A program made the translations under genes and the position numbers. Below, in pieces: positions 13,501-36,554 of a stretch of DNA of 64,000 nt. Each line of letters begins with the position of its first letter. Positions within the stretch are counted from its first letter, which is position 1. Below the pieces are notes generated by a model. The model searched no databases and was not told the DNA's origin. It was given only the letters and a program-made list of their open reading frames with translations. This stretch comes from Tubiluchus corallicola (Eukaryota > Animalia > Priapulida), in assembly GCA_030141605.1 (NCBI GenBank), contig JAQGDQ010002387.1, positions 1 to 64,000 of the forward strand, given 5' to 3'.

Positions 13501-16500
13501 CTGATTTGTTTGTTTACAAATATCCATTGGATATTTTTTGTTAGGCTCTGAATCTCATTTACTGTTGTAGAATGTGCAAACTCTTGTGTTTAGATTTGTG
13601 CTTGTTTGTTAATGTAAGGTACACATGTGAAGATGTGTATCTGTTTGCATTTAGATTATGTCTGACAATAATATAAAAATATTGTACACATATTTAATGA
13701 TAAACAATGATGAACAAAATAAGGCTTTAGGAAAGGTTCTCCAGTTGAATTACCATTAATAAATGTTTGCGAAATTTTAATTAAGTGTATGGAAAATAAC
13801 TCGATTACTGTTGGTATATTTTGTGATCTCTCTAAAGCCTTCGATACCATTGACCATGTTATATTACACGATAAGTTATCTTTCTATCTTGATAACCATA
13901 AGCAGTGCATCAGATGTAATAATTATACCTCAACTGAACTCTCCGTAAATTGTGGTGTTCCTCAGGGTTCTGTTTTAGGACCACTTTTATTTTTGATTTA
14001 TATCAACGATATAAAAAACATTTTTAGTTGTCATAATATTATTCAGTTTACTGATGACACCACACTCTTTTTCAATTTCATTCATTTCAGCATTACTAAC
14101 ATAAATAATAGTTTAAAAGCCAACAAATTATCTCTTAATCCCACTAAAACTAAGTACATTCTATTTCGATTCCTTTACATTGTAGTCTTTATATTGATGG
14201 CCTTCCTATAGAAGGTGTTCAATTTACCAGATTTTTAGGTGTAGTTTTGCATCTGGACTGCTGGACTGGAACTCTCATATAAAAATGATTAGTCTAAAAA
14301 TAGCCAAAAATATAGGTATTATGTCCCATATTAAATACAATTTGTCCAAATCACATATACTTACTGTTTATTATTCTTTATTCTATCCTTATTTAAATTA
14401 TGTTAGTTCCCTTTGGGGAATCACATACGCGACAAATCTTAACCCTTTACATTGACTTCAAAGAAAATTTCTTCGTTTGTATTTCAGATGAAATGAATTC
14501 ACCCCAGTATTTAACTCTTTAAACAATGTAACATCTTGTCTATTGATAACATAGTGTTTAATAATATTGCAATTTTCATGTTAAAACTAATAGCAAATTA
14601 TTACACAAGTTCTTCAAAAATCCTATCAAACTGAATGCAAGATTTCATACTCCACGATTTAATCAATACTTTCTTCCATATGTCCGAAAGTTGCCAAGTA
14701 TTCATTTCCTTTGCTGGGCCATTAATTTGGAACTATCTACCTAATCATATAAAATCAGAACATAGTATTTGTAAATATAAAAAAGCCTCAAACTCTTTAT
14801 TATGAACCATAATCCAAACATTTATCATCTGTAATGTTTCATATCACACTCAAAGATGAACAAGAATGGATTATACTCCATAACAAGAAGAGGTGAAAGA
14901 AACTTTGTAGGCAGGTGGACATAATCTCACTCCTCTCACCATTTGCAGTTGTGTTTGCCTTGCTGATTTATTTACATTTATTACGTTTTTATTAGCTCAT
15001 GTGAATCGAATTCTCTACTTTTTTATTTTTTTCTTCTCTCACTTTCATATTACATTTTTCATATCCCTTCACTTTTCATACTCCTTTTCTTCCCATTAAC
15101 CACCTTTTATTCTTGCATCTATGCTTTTCTTTCTATTTGCCATATTGGGGCTGACTTCTACAAGTTTTCTTTTTGGACAGCCCCAATAATCCATTAATCA
15201 ACTTTATTATTTACATGCTTGTTTCTTTTAATTTGGTATTTTGTATTTTCACCATATTTATGTGTTATTTGGTCATGGCAAATGGAATAAAATAAACTAA
15301 ACTATTTATGCATTTTTGTTTAATGGCCATTATAAAAAGTGCAGTGTAGAGGAGTTGAATATGATGGAAGGGAAATTGAAGGAATTAAATTTAAGCTTTA
15401 TTATAAAGTTGTTATGCAGTTTTATTGTTGTATTCTCTAGGTTAAAATTACATTTTACCCAGATTCTTTCCGCTGTGGCACTCATACGAACATTAAAATG
15501 GCTGTGGAGGCGTCTGCTGGTCTTGCTAAGGTTCCGACCACCAGGTCTTCCAGAAGATGCATGGGCTGATGCAGTTGGGAGTCTGAGTGCTGCTGATGCT
15601 TTACCATTTGACTCATATGATAGGTAATTACTAAATCAGATATTTAGAGACAGATATTACTAGAGATATTACTAGAGACAGAAACAGCCAAGCATTTTAG
15701 CTTAAAAATAGGATAGTGCTCTTCTCAGATTAGCCATGGTCATAATCGTAAAAGAAGTTAAAATGCCCATAAATCTCAAAAAATTCTTTATTTTTTCTTT
15801 GGAAGCTTTCGTCCTCTCGGACTTCATCAGCTGCACAGAAAGATACAATAATAAAAAATTACAAATTTTACTTTTTCTTTTTCTTTATTTTTAATTCAGC
15901 CTCCTCATGCTTTTTGTACACTTTATTTTACTGACATTGCACATCATTATTTTATATGTAGCTTCATCTGTAATTTTTTATTATTATATCTTTCTGTGCA
16001 GCTGATGAAGTCCAAGAGGACGAAAACTTCTGAAGAAAAAATAAAGATTTTTTTGAGATTTCTAGCCAAGCATTTTATTAAGTTCATTATTTTGTTTCAA
16101 ACTGTCAAAAATTTCCTTTTTTTCAAATTGCTTTAGACTACAATTAATTAAAATATAACGGTGTTCCTGTGTTTTTCTCTATTATCTAATGTGATTAATC
16201 TGTTTGGCCCAAAACGCTGTAAATGTATTTATGTCAGAATGGCAAGATTATCACTAGAACGCTGATGCTAACACACCACAAATATTTTAAGAATCAGCAC
16301 ATTTTATTTGATCTAAGGCTGTGGGTCCCTGGCGAGCTTCCTTAACGTGAAAATTTAACATTATCAGAACAGATAGACAAACAATCAATTAGGTGTAAAC
16401 TCAATATTATTTAACGTAAGAAAAACACATTTGAGAAATAAGTAACAAAGATATATTAAGAATTATTGTTTAGCTACTGTCTTTAATTTTAACCGGGATT

Positions 16501-19500
16501 TTTAAATGTACCACAAAACAGCATAAACTGTACTTATCGTGAGTCTCTGTGCACACGTTGGCTAGCTAGCTTAACCTCGTCACTGTCGCTGTCGAGGCAG
16601 TAGATGGCACTACTATGCTTGCCTGAGAGATAATAATTACATAGATAAACAAAATAAGTATTTCGCTTAATAATGCAAAATTAAACTCATTGGCACTACT
16701 CCGCTTAATTTAGCAAACCTAATTGTAGAAATTTAATTAGTACGATAAAATGAGAGCACTATTGTATAGGGCTGTCACATCTAACAATTTATGAAAAAAA
16801 TGGAGTGTTTGCTTGGTCATTTCTGACATGCCTTGTATTTTATATTATCAAATTGGCATTTCTTTAATACAGCAAGAAGTCGAGCTGGCCAATCATCATG
16901 TTTTTTGCTGTTGCGTTTGGTGGACCTTGGCTAATATGGAAATTGCTCAAATCAGTGTGTGATACAGATAACAAAGGTAAGCAACTTTGTTCAGAAACAT
17001 ACTTTTCTGAAGCTGAATAATGGCAAGCTGGTTAGTTACAGTTGTATGGCGTGTTTTATATCAATTACATTTTGGTACAAATTCAGTGAACTTTAGTTCC
17101 ATCAATTAGGAAGTTGCACATATTAATAAAATTGCTGTATGAATGACAGTCAAACACCTGAAAGCAATGATTATTTAGGATTTGTAATAAGTACCATAGT
17201 TCAACTTCTTTGTGATATAATGTGGCAAAACAATTAATTTGGCGACATCTCAAAGAGGAGTGAGTATACCATAATTAAGCAATAGTAGTAGATGTTGTAA
17301 ATGTTCTAAGAAGCATGCAACTCTTGTTTCATATTTTGTTACGCACATTTTCTGCAGATTTAAAATTGAAACAACTTTTTTAATTTAAACATAATTTTAT
17401 TGGTTAAGTTTTTTTTAAAGATAAAGGCTGGGAATCTGGTAAAGGTGATCATTTTGTTGCACGTGCAGAGTACAATTTCTTGTCTGCTCAAGAAGACGAA
17501 GTTGCATTTAGAGCTGGACAGTATTTGAATGTTGCACCAAAAGGTTTGTGCAAGTTTTCATTTTTGTGTGACAGTTCTGTGAATTTTATTTAGCTAGCTA
17601 AAGATGTGGTGTTTTACCAATTGCCTAATTTTTGTGAAAATGTGAGAACTATAATTTGTCTTCACCCTTTGTTTCATTTATATAGCAGTTAGATGGTCAA
17701 GTTGCATTTTAGATTTAATGAGTAAAGATTATTTAAACAAATCTCCTATTGATCTCTCCTTGATCTCCTATTTTGATCATATGAATGAAATTTACATTAT
17801 CTGTAGTAAACTGATTTCCAGATACATTGTATCAGAAAATGTTGTAAAAACAAACCTTGTTATACCGCCCATCATTATAATGCCAACTTTTGGCTTTTCC
17901 AGATTTCCATAATATATCATATAGGGAATACCGCCAACGTCGCTTTTGCCATCTGTCACCGTATCTGCTGTGCAGGAGTGTATTCTACATAATAAATCTA
18001 CCCCGTTATAATGTCAGCCAAAATAAAGCATAGTGAATTGCTGCCGGAAAACAGCCGTTGCTTTGTGAAAACAGTGATCTCTGATAAAAAAACTGTTTCG
18101 GTGTTTAGATTAAAATTTAGCTAGGTTTCATAACAAGTTACTGTACAAAAGTGAATGTTGAGGTTTTGAACAAGGAACATGCATTTTAAGAATGCAAGAG
18201 TTCTAAAGTTCAGTGCTGAACTGATGTAAATTTAACACCCGTTAAAGCTGCTCAATTTATGTGTCACAGTTACTTTAGAGCCTTAATTGTCAAGTAATGT
18301 TATGTTGGACGCATGGACAGCTTGGTTGCATATTTCTCTTATCAGCAGTTGGCCAATTACCAGTCTATTTCACAAGATTGCTTCTGCATGTTGTGTTACG
18401 TAAGTTTTGCAAGGTGCCACTGTAGAATTACACCTGTTTTGTTAATGTTTCAAAAACATGCAGTATAACACATGTATTGTTGTAGGTATAATAATACTAT
18501 TTATCACATACAAAGTTAACAAGGAAATAAAATCGAGGCTGCACAGTAGAATGTCTTTAATGTTTAATGAACATTGTCTTATTGTCAACCCTGCTATAAC
18601 ACCACATTTAGTAGTGCCCCAGACCTGGCATTATAATAATGTTTAATTGTATTTCAAATATCCATTTTTCCTGATGTTTATCCCAGACTTTTCTTTGCTC
18701 ATAGAATTGCAGCCCAGGGTACGAGGATGGCTTCTTGCCAGTGCAGATGGCCAAAAGACTGGTCTTATTCCAGCAAACTACGTTAAAGTTTTGGGAAAAC
18801 GGAAAGGTCGAGCAAATACATCTTCTCCAACGCAGGTAATGATGGCCACAAGTGGCTCTATTAGTAGTTATAATTATCTTTTTTCAATAGTTTATAATTC
18901 CAGCTAGGGTAAGATTCTGAACTGGGGATTGTACATGATAAAACTATTTGAATTAACTAACTCTAAAATGTATTTTCAACAAACCGTTATTATTAAATAG
19001 ATACTTTCTCTGTTGCTTTAGTGTGAAAATAATATGCAAAGATTGTGAGAAAGTAGATTACAACTAACTACTAAACAGTGGCAAATGTTGCACACGTTAA
19101 GTGTTTTGTCATTGCTGTTAATATTATTATTATTAGGACTTCGTTCTTCTGTTTGTTTTTTTCCTTTATACACTGTTGTGCAATAAAGAGTATGTTCGTT
19201 TGCGTAAGCCCAACAACAACTTTTTTTCGAAAACGAATCATTTGATTTACAGGGGTGGTCATATAACCTTTGTGACATTGAACAGTCTTTTTGCTGACAC
19301 TTGCCTTGCCAACATTCAGTAAATACATATATTTTCTTGAGATGTGCAGGTATATTCTTACGAAAAGTTCCTGCATTTTCCACAAGCTAGATAACAGCAA
19401 ACTTAGCATCTGTATTTAAGCCTTAGCAACTGCAAAAAAGAAGTCCCAAGTTCCAGAGCTACTACTACATTTGCAAATGTGCATCATTTATTTTCTACTA

Positions 19501-20133
19501 ATGGAGAAATAAAATTACTGTTTACTGTAAACATTGAGTGAGAAACGGACAGTGACCTCCCCATTTAATATCTGTTGACATGTCGATGCGGTGGCACTAT
19601 TTATCGCTCTCCCAAATTTTGTTTTTGGGAGAAGTGGTGATAAAAATGCAAAGAAGTAGTGAAGGCATGAACATAGCCATAACTGAAAATAAAACAATAT
19701 ATTACATTCACTGATGTACAATCAGTATAGTGATATTTGTGCTTTAATGCTTGTGTTATGTCGTCAGGTAGGCAAGGCGCATATGAGGAATCCATGACTA
19801 ATGGTAATGCTGGGTTGGATCAAGTGCAGGTACAGGAGATACAAATAGGCCGACGATGTGTATACCATGCTCATGTTAAAAATTATGATTCTCCTTTAGG
19901 CACTACTCAATGGTATTTTCTTGCAGGCTCAGCCATCAGCTTTGCAGCTGCAGCAGCCGGTTGCAAGTATCCAAAGCCCCAGTCAAGTGAACCTAGATGA
20001 ATATTTTGAGAACCCATCACCAGAAAGCGACAGACCAGGAACCATGCAAGCAAGCAACACGATCGCAGAGCTTACAGATACCCAAAGTAAAAACACTGAA
20101 CTGAATGTGCTGGCAGCCGACATGCTTAAATGA
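7561..20133 (+). CDS. PEX13: Peroxisomal membrane protein PEX13 (Peroxin-13 N domain + SH3), ~425 aa, 9 coding exons
   Basis: Exons 7561-7643, 10908-11102, 11402-11524, 12604-12732, 15441-15623, 16873-16976, 17421-17543, 18705-18835 and 19927-20133, all GT-AG and phase-consistent. Motifs: PQKPWE, PPPLPTRP, YG-rich region, AFQSIESIVRAVGSVSMMLESTF, SWPIIMFF and SH3 GWLLASADGQKTGLIPANYVKVLG. Confidence 0.95.
8116..10386 (-). mobile_element. 5'-truncated CR1-like LINE in PEX13 intron 1
   Basis: Stop-free RT ORF, (TAC)n tail at ~8113-8132, and perfect 9-bp TSD TTTCATGTA at 8107-8115 and 10387-10395. Confidence 0.93.
8255..10444 (-). CDS. LINE reverse transcriptase ORF lacking the endonuclease domain; first ~19 codons lie in flanking host DNA and the TSD
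   Basis: NYRPVSL, QHGF, LDLKKAFDVV, GVAQGSVLGP, LFADD, EKDLG, WNRLP. Confidence 0.85.
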   Translation of the reverse strand: MYYVHCRPFHYKSLYIVHESMCNAFSQVDWINVLNSNLTLDDMWTKFHNVYMSVVDEYVPSFYPSFYNKSSRPRPPWLTKQLLGCIKEKEKLFFDWKRRRTKLSYERYAARRNVVKNLITTARKRYERILASNCKSNPKAFWQYINALRKPKSRIHSLKNSQGILVSDSEEKAQILNDFFISVFSPNASDYEVTTVQQYPDISNVSITEEEVLYELQNLNVNKSAPDSYHPRILNECRTVLFKPIYTLLDRSFADCQLPGQWKVAQVTPIHKKGDKSDPSNYRPVSLLNTINKVTEKIMRKHIMNHLIRYNIICEEQHGFVKGRTTVTQLLQCYDAWFELKDANKPFDIILLDLKKAFDVVPHHFLFAKLKNCGITGSVLQWIVNFLENRSQCTCVDGCKSTESLITSGVAQGSVLGPCLFVVFINDLPSCVSNSLRLFADDSKIWSESDSFTSCNDLQLDLEGLCDWAVENGMQFHPNKCKVVSVGAGYEYKYKMYDASGIPAELDFSACEKDLGLLLDNKLNFKDHIAEIIKSAKRNNALIRRNFKYLDLQTFKLLYVALVRSKVEYGSSIWNSPRAYIVDPVETVQMRAFNMLPELMNLTYESQLKRIGLTTLAFRRLRGQLIDVYKYVSGVYSCDDCPVKLEVHRTARSGPILHKSRTAHKTGKYDYFSCTMPEIWNRLPCDVRTATSVNLFKSKLDRHYEHHPLKFNHRANWNMPITRMLDYIL
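12975..13165 (+). repeat. Minisatellite, ~30-bp unit, ~6 degenerate copies
   Basis: Unit approximately TAGTAACCAAATTTTCTAAAGTTTTGCGC. Confidence 0.8.
13660..15304 (+). mobile_element. Degenerate CR1/L2-group LINE fragment in PEX13 intron 4
   Basis: ORF 13789-14211 has FCDLSKAFDTIDH, GVPQGSVLGP and FTDD. Decayed downstream, ending GGCAAATGGAATAAAATAAACTAAACTA. Confidence 0.85.
15794..15841 (-). ncRNA. Minimal type I hammerhead ribozyme (inverted copy)
   Basis: Minus strand CTGATGA-A-GTCC-GAGA-GGAC-GAAAGCTT, with a GNRA loop and palindromic AAGCTT in place of stem III. Confidence 0.7.
15991..16038 (+). ncRNA. Minimal type I hammerhead ribozyme
   Basis: TTTCTGTGCAG-CTGATGA-A-GTCC-AAGA-GGAC-GAAA-AC-TT-CTGAAGAAA: catalytic core, 4-bp stem II and stem I pairing (CAG/CTG, TTTCT/AGAAA). 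Confidence 0.7.
16317..16779 (-). mobile_element. Possible solo LTR
   Basis: Starts TGTGACAGCC on the minus strand, contains TAGATGGCACT, and is flanked by direct repeat TCTAA (16312-16316 and 16780-16784). The other end is not a clean CA. Confidence 0.35.
17843..18651. mobile_element. Degenerate Tc1/mariner (Tigger/pogo-like) MITE
   Basis: Imperfect TIRs AAACCTTGTTATACCGCC ... GGCATTATAATAATGTTTAATTGTA, with internal GTTATAA repeats. Confidence 0.45.
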
Positions 20134-21253
20134 AGTGAAATACTTATAAACACAAAGTAATGATTACTAAATTAATGATGGTTACACACAAGAAATGAAC
20201 AGTACAAAAAATACGCAGAATTAATTGTAGTTTACTATTGATCATTGTAGTATCTTCGAAGTGATTTCCTGCAACTTTCCATAATCATGCAAAAATAGAA
20301 AATGTTACAGAGCATTTTTAACAATTTTGGAAAACAAAAATTTGGGTTTGGATGTCTTTCCTCTCTAGTTTAAAGTTTTAGTAATCTGTGCGAGCTATTG
20401 GGTAATGCATGTGTCATTTTATGTAGAATGAATTTGTACAAAATGTAAATAATGATTGCAAAAATCTATTCACTGTGGCTCATTTGTTATAAATTTTATT
20501 AAAACACAATGTTTCTTAAGTTAATAATAATAATGATTGTTTTTCGATGCTTTCAAAACTGGCTAAGAACTTGTAGCAATGGCTGGGTTATATAACATGT
20601 CCAAAGCATTGCAAAAACATACCAAAAGCACGATTTTGTATTTGTGCTTTGTTACTCATCAATACCTTAAATTTGTTTATCTTGATTTGTTTACTAACAC
20701 GTTTACAGTGAAAATACAAAATAACAGTAAGTAGATATCAGCAGTTATGTATTTATCAAAGGCGGAAAAATCACTAGATTTACACACAATCTTATGAAAG
20801 GATACTAATTGTCATCTCATAAACAAAAACAAAATTCATTTTACTTTAATATTATTCAATGTTGTATTTAACTTTAATCACACTTAGGTAAGAGTGCTGC
20901 TGTGCACACAATAAACATTATGAAACTATTACATATATTGTAATTGTATCACACATAATTTAACATCACATACATGCTATAACATTAATTAATTTGCATT
21001 TGCAACAATGAAAATGTTTTGCAGCAACGAAACAAATGACACCATTTATACTTAAAATGACAATTTATGACTAACATTCTTGGGCAATTACTGCGTACCT
21101 TCAAGAAAGTGTATTAGATGACTATGTACAGAAAAAATCAATTTTGTTATCTATACTACAAGTAGTTAAGTAGTACCTTTACACAGTACCCTAGATTGTT
21201 TGCTAGCATCCACCTGAGCCTGATCATAAAGCATAGCTAATCGAAATTAAACG

Positions 21254-21770
21254 AGGGTTGGCCTTACGGGTGCGGAACCGTCCAGTTGCATAGCACTCAC
21301 AGCTTTTGGGGGTTTGAAAAGAAGACTGATCTTTGCAAATATTTTTTTGCTTATGCACCTGCAATTTGTTTATATAACTGTTCGTGTTTATTTTATGTTT
21401 CATGTTTTAGTACATTCCTATTACAGAGGCTGAAAATTGTAAATTATTGATTAAATTGCTCTTTTTTGCTATTTTTACAAACTTCATTTGTGTATTTACT
21501 TTTGCTGAATATTAAGATTAAATTTAAATGTTCTATTACTAATTAAAAATCCTAAGGCCTCTTTTGATATAATTTATAGTAAGAGGTATAAATAATCTAT
21601 TAGAATAAGCTATTACAGGTGCTTTTGTACAGTAAAATTTTTATGCGTTTGTTAACGATTTACTAAAGTGGAATGACAACCACTGAAAACAATATAACTT
21701 TTGCCATAGGGTAGTCATGGCCCGCACAAGCTGTTTTGTACGGGGCCCGAAATATCTTAAGGCCGGCACT
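21254..21770. mobile_element. Degenerate hAT-like MITE between the PEX13 and NMT 3' ends
   Basis: GC-rich imperfect TIRs GAGGGTTGGCCTTA and TAAGGCCGGCACTG around an AT-rich core; TSD not clear. Confidence 0.45.
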
Positions 21771-22632
21771 GACTAAGCACTGTTTATATTGACGACGTAG
21801 AAAACATATCCTGTCAAGAACTCCTACAATCCAGGAAATAACTTGTAATAAATAAATAAACAGACATGATGTTTTAGCACATCACTGCGAACTATATTTA
21901 CTTAGACAAAAAAGAATGAAGTAGTGCAATAATCACTATATATGAATCTTTTTGGCATTTAGAATTATAAAATAATCATTAGTGAAGCACAAGAAAACTC
22001 AAAAGAAAGAGCACAAAAAGCATGAAATATTGCTAATAACAAGAAACATCATGGTAGCAGGAACATCAGCTAAGATGCAATGAATACTACAATTTAGTAT
22101 CTTTTGTGCTTTGAACATGTTTTTCAGCTGTGGATAGAAATGTGGTGTACTTTCATTTCTTTGGTGCAGTTTTATAAATTTGCCATTTTCTGTTCCTATT
22201 TTCCCAAGTACAGAAAGGTAACATACATTTGCACATGATTAACTTTTTCTCGAGGGGTGTTTCTCTCACTTTATAATAAAGTCCTAATAAGGAAAAAACA
22301 ACGTAGAAGTAGTAATAACTAAAAAAGTCTGTTCTTAGTATGTTCTTACTCTCTGAAAGTGATACAGCAAACAGATGCACAAGTGATGTACAAGTGTATA
22401 ACTATTCTCATCTGCTACATAACAAAAAACATACTTCCTGCCATGAACCTTGTCAAGTGATGTAAGATCCTGTTAGGTATCAGGCATGTAAGTTTATATA
22501 ACTTGTGCCAGCCCCGCCTGTAAAACATCTTTCTGCATAATTGCATACACCTGCTTGCATAATTATAGTCTCGGGTGTTGTCAGTTGACCAACTGCACAG
22601 TTTCCTCCAAGTTAAGTGTATATTGTCCGGTG

Positions 22633-33555
<10,923 letters not shown>

Positions 33556-33814
33556 CATTATTCCATACAACATTACTGCCATCTGGTGTAGGAAATTTGG
33601 AGATAGAATGAGTCACTAAATCTACTGTAGAATGCACACTGTACAGATGTGACTTACGTGATGTGTGACTGAACGTGCAGTAATTAAATTTTAGAGTTAA
33701 CGGTTAACTTTATATCTTTGTAAAGGTGTAAGAAGTGGTACCAGAGCTAACGTCTTTTTTGCAGCCCTATGTTTACTTTTTATTTTAATGACATCACGCT
33801 GTAATTATCTGATG

Positions 33815-34600
33815 GCTGCGAAGAATCTGACATTTGGGTTCTCGGTATTTGGCAATATTATGGCATTAGGGGAATTAAATGAGGTAGGTCTGAATAAAAT
33901 TTATGGTAAACATTTGGGTGAAAGAGCATGGAATGTGCATATAGAGAAAACTATAGCTGAATTATAGCGGGATTAAAAATGTAGAATGAAAAGTTAAGTA
34001 AATGTTCGACAGTAGAAAGATATAGAGATTGCAAAAGTTGTATATAATTTGAACCCTGGATGAACGATATATGGGGTGCAGAATTGCTTGTCAAAGCTAG
34101 GGTTGGTGCATTAGAAGTATTGGGAAATCTTTTGTATGCTTGGAAAGTAGATTACCGCATAGAAAAAAGGCTTTGTAAATGTGGTAAAAATATTGAAACT
34201 GCAGAACACATAATATTAAGTTGCGAATTTTACACACAGTTGAGAATCAAAGTCCCTTGGCAAGGAGCAGCTGACGAAAAATGCTTGAGATGGCTGTTAT
34301 TTGGAGAGGGAAAAATTTATGCAGTCTGCCTACTGAAGGACATAATGGTCAAAAGAAGAAGCATTGCGAATGTTTAACTTTAAAGCTGAAAAGATAAAGA
34401 GGAATATATATTTAGCTCTGCGTAATGGCGGTATAACATTTATAAATCCAAATTTTGTTTTGTGGTGCTGTAGCATTGGTGCAAGCATATGTGTGCGCCT
34501 TACGTTTTTGAGTAGAAAATTAGCCTAGTAGTACAACAATCGTTGCTACTCGCCCTGATATATAAAAGGGATTTAGGCACCGGATGGATGGATGGATGGA
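33815..34600 (+). mobile_element. LINE 3' fragment with C-terminal CCHC zinc knuckle and (GGAT)n tail
   Basis: ORF 34060-34377 contains CKCGKNIETAEHIILSC; tail GGATGGATGGATGG; inverted homologue at 36555-37340. Confidence 0.8.
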
Positions 34601-35119
34601 CTGAATTTGAATACAATAAATATTACAGATACATATACTACAGCGCACATACGAAGTAGAGAAATACACAAATAACACCAAAGCTTATGATTTACGTCTA
34701 CTGTACGTAATTACAATTCTGGTCCACTGTTAGGTCAAACGCTTTTAAATTTCACTGTTGTTTCGTTGTTTCCGCAGTGACCATTCTGTCTGGTTAGATA
34801 GGCACAAATGAATGTCACCATGCGAGACACAAGTAACGTGTCTTTACTTAATCAACTTTAACTCTTTTATTTTGGCTAAATTTCCAGTTTGTCACCTCTT
34901 CTCTTTCATTCTTCCATTTACTATATATTTGTGGATTTTTTTACTCAATCAAATGTTCAATATTTATTTCTGCGATCTCCACAGAGGAAGAAATCAGATT
35001 ATATGGCAGCAAACTTTGATCATAATTCTTTTATAACTCATTCATTATTATTCTATTCTTTATGAACTTTTATTCAAATAGCTGAAACAAATACTACTCA
35101 AGTCAATTTTTCATTGAGT

Positions 35120-36480
35120 AGTAAATTGAATTGAATTGAATTGGTTGGTAATACATTTTTTTATTACTGTACATTTGAATAGCTGCTCTGCTCTGTCGTG
35201 TCTTCTTTACTACATAGCAGACACCATAAATCTTCTTTAAACTTACTCTTATAATTACATTTTATTCATAGCATATTGAGCTTTATTTCTAATATAATTT
35301 TTGTGTTCTGGCCTCAATTTAGTGACTTTATCATGCTCATAGGTTAAGAACCTTAACTTAGTTTTTGAGCGTATCTTGTGATGTGCACTGACTTTAATGA
35401 ATTTTCTTATATTCCCTTTAGCATGCTTCTTCCTGACTTCTTAAGTGTCTTTGTAGACCCAAACTGAATAACTATATCATACTTCTTACTTAGACTTCTA
35501 ACTTCTTTTATCTAACTTCCTTCTATTTTTTGTCCCACATACTTTCCATCATCTTTGGACTCTCTTGAATTTATTAGATTATGTAAGAACATCAATCTTT
35601 TGTGATCGATTCTCTGTTCAATTAGCCACACGCTTGCTTCTATTGCCATACCCCAATAACTGACTGACACCTGTGATAATAGATTTGTAACATTTCCTTC
35701 TGAATTTTTTCTATCCTGCCCATTTCTATTTTCATTACTATATGTTGCTCGTTTATATATTGCTGTATCAGAGTATTGCACAATATGTGAAGGTAGATTA
35801 TTCCACTGGATGAATGAACATGGTGCAAATGAATATTTGAAACAATCTTTTTTGAACTGGTAGCATTGAAGTTTACGCTGATGCAAATTATGGTTTTTCC
35901 TGGTAGCTTTGGTAAATAATATATTGCTATTAATATTTACATAGCAGTCAATGAACCATGCACAAATGTTGTAGTGCGATTTTAATTAAGCTCCATTTAA
36001 GCCATTCTGTTGAGTAGCCAGTTAATTCAATAATATTTTCGACACATATAGGTTACAAGACTAGTGAGCAAATAGTCGTCATTGTTCTTAACTGCGTTAT
36101 TTATTTTTGACTATAGTTTCCACAATCCATAACTATAATCTGTCAAAGGGGATTTGTCAATGTTGCTAATACTGATACCTCTACTTTTTAAAGGAGACGT
36201 AAATACTAAAAAATTTCAGAGATGCCATCAGTGGAGGACATATCTAGCTAAACTATGCTGCTCCCAAAAAGCCAGTGAGGATCAATGAATTTTTCAGGAT
36301 GATTCTGCCAATACTTATCTAAGCGAGCTTTGAATTTGGTTATACTGGTTGGCTCGTGGTTCCAGGAGCATATGGTTTCAGGAACATTTTTTTCTTTTGT
36401 TCCAACTTCTGCGGAGTCTCATTTTATGCAGTTTCAATGAATGTCTTCAATGGTCTTTTTGTGTCATGTATTTTTATATG
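35120..36480 (-). mobile_element. Cluster of decayed LINE 3' fragments
   Basis: Remnant peptides RLMFLHNLINS, FKYSFAP..IQWNNLP and KFKARLDKYW; (TTCAA)n tail at ~35125-35142. Confidence 0.6.
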
Positions 36481-36554
36481 CATGTCTAAAAGTGGTCTGT
36501 CTATCCCAGTTAGTGTTCTGTATATTTGTATCATGTTGTCTATTTCTAATGGCC

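Larger units (their letters stand above)
15700..16063. mobile_element. Penelope-like / retrozyme-like insertion with inverted repeats carrying hammerhead ribozymes
   Basis: ~92-bp inverted arms at 15771-15863 and 15969-16061; 14-bp TSD AGCCAAGCATTTTA at 15686-15699 and 16064-16077. Confidence 0.75.
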
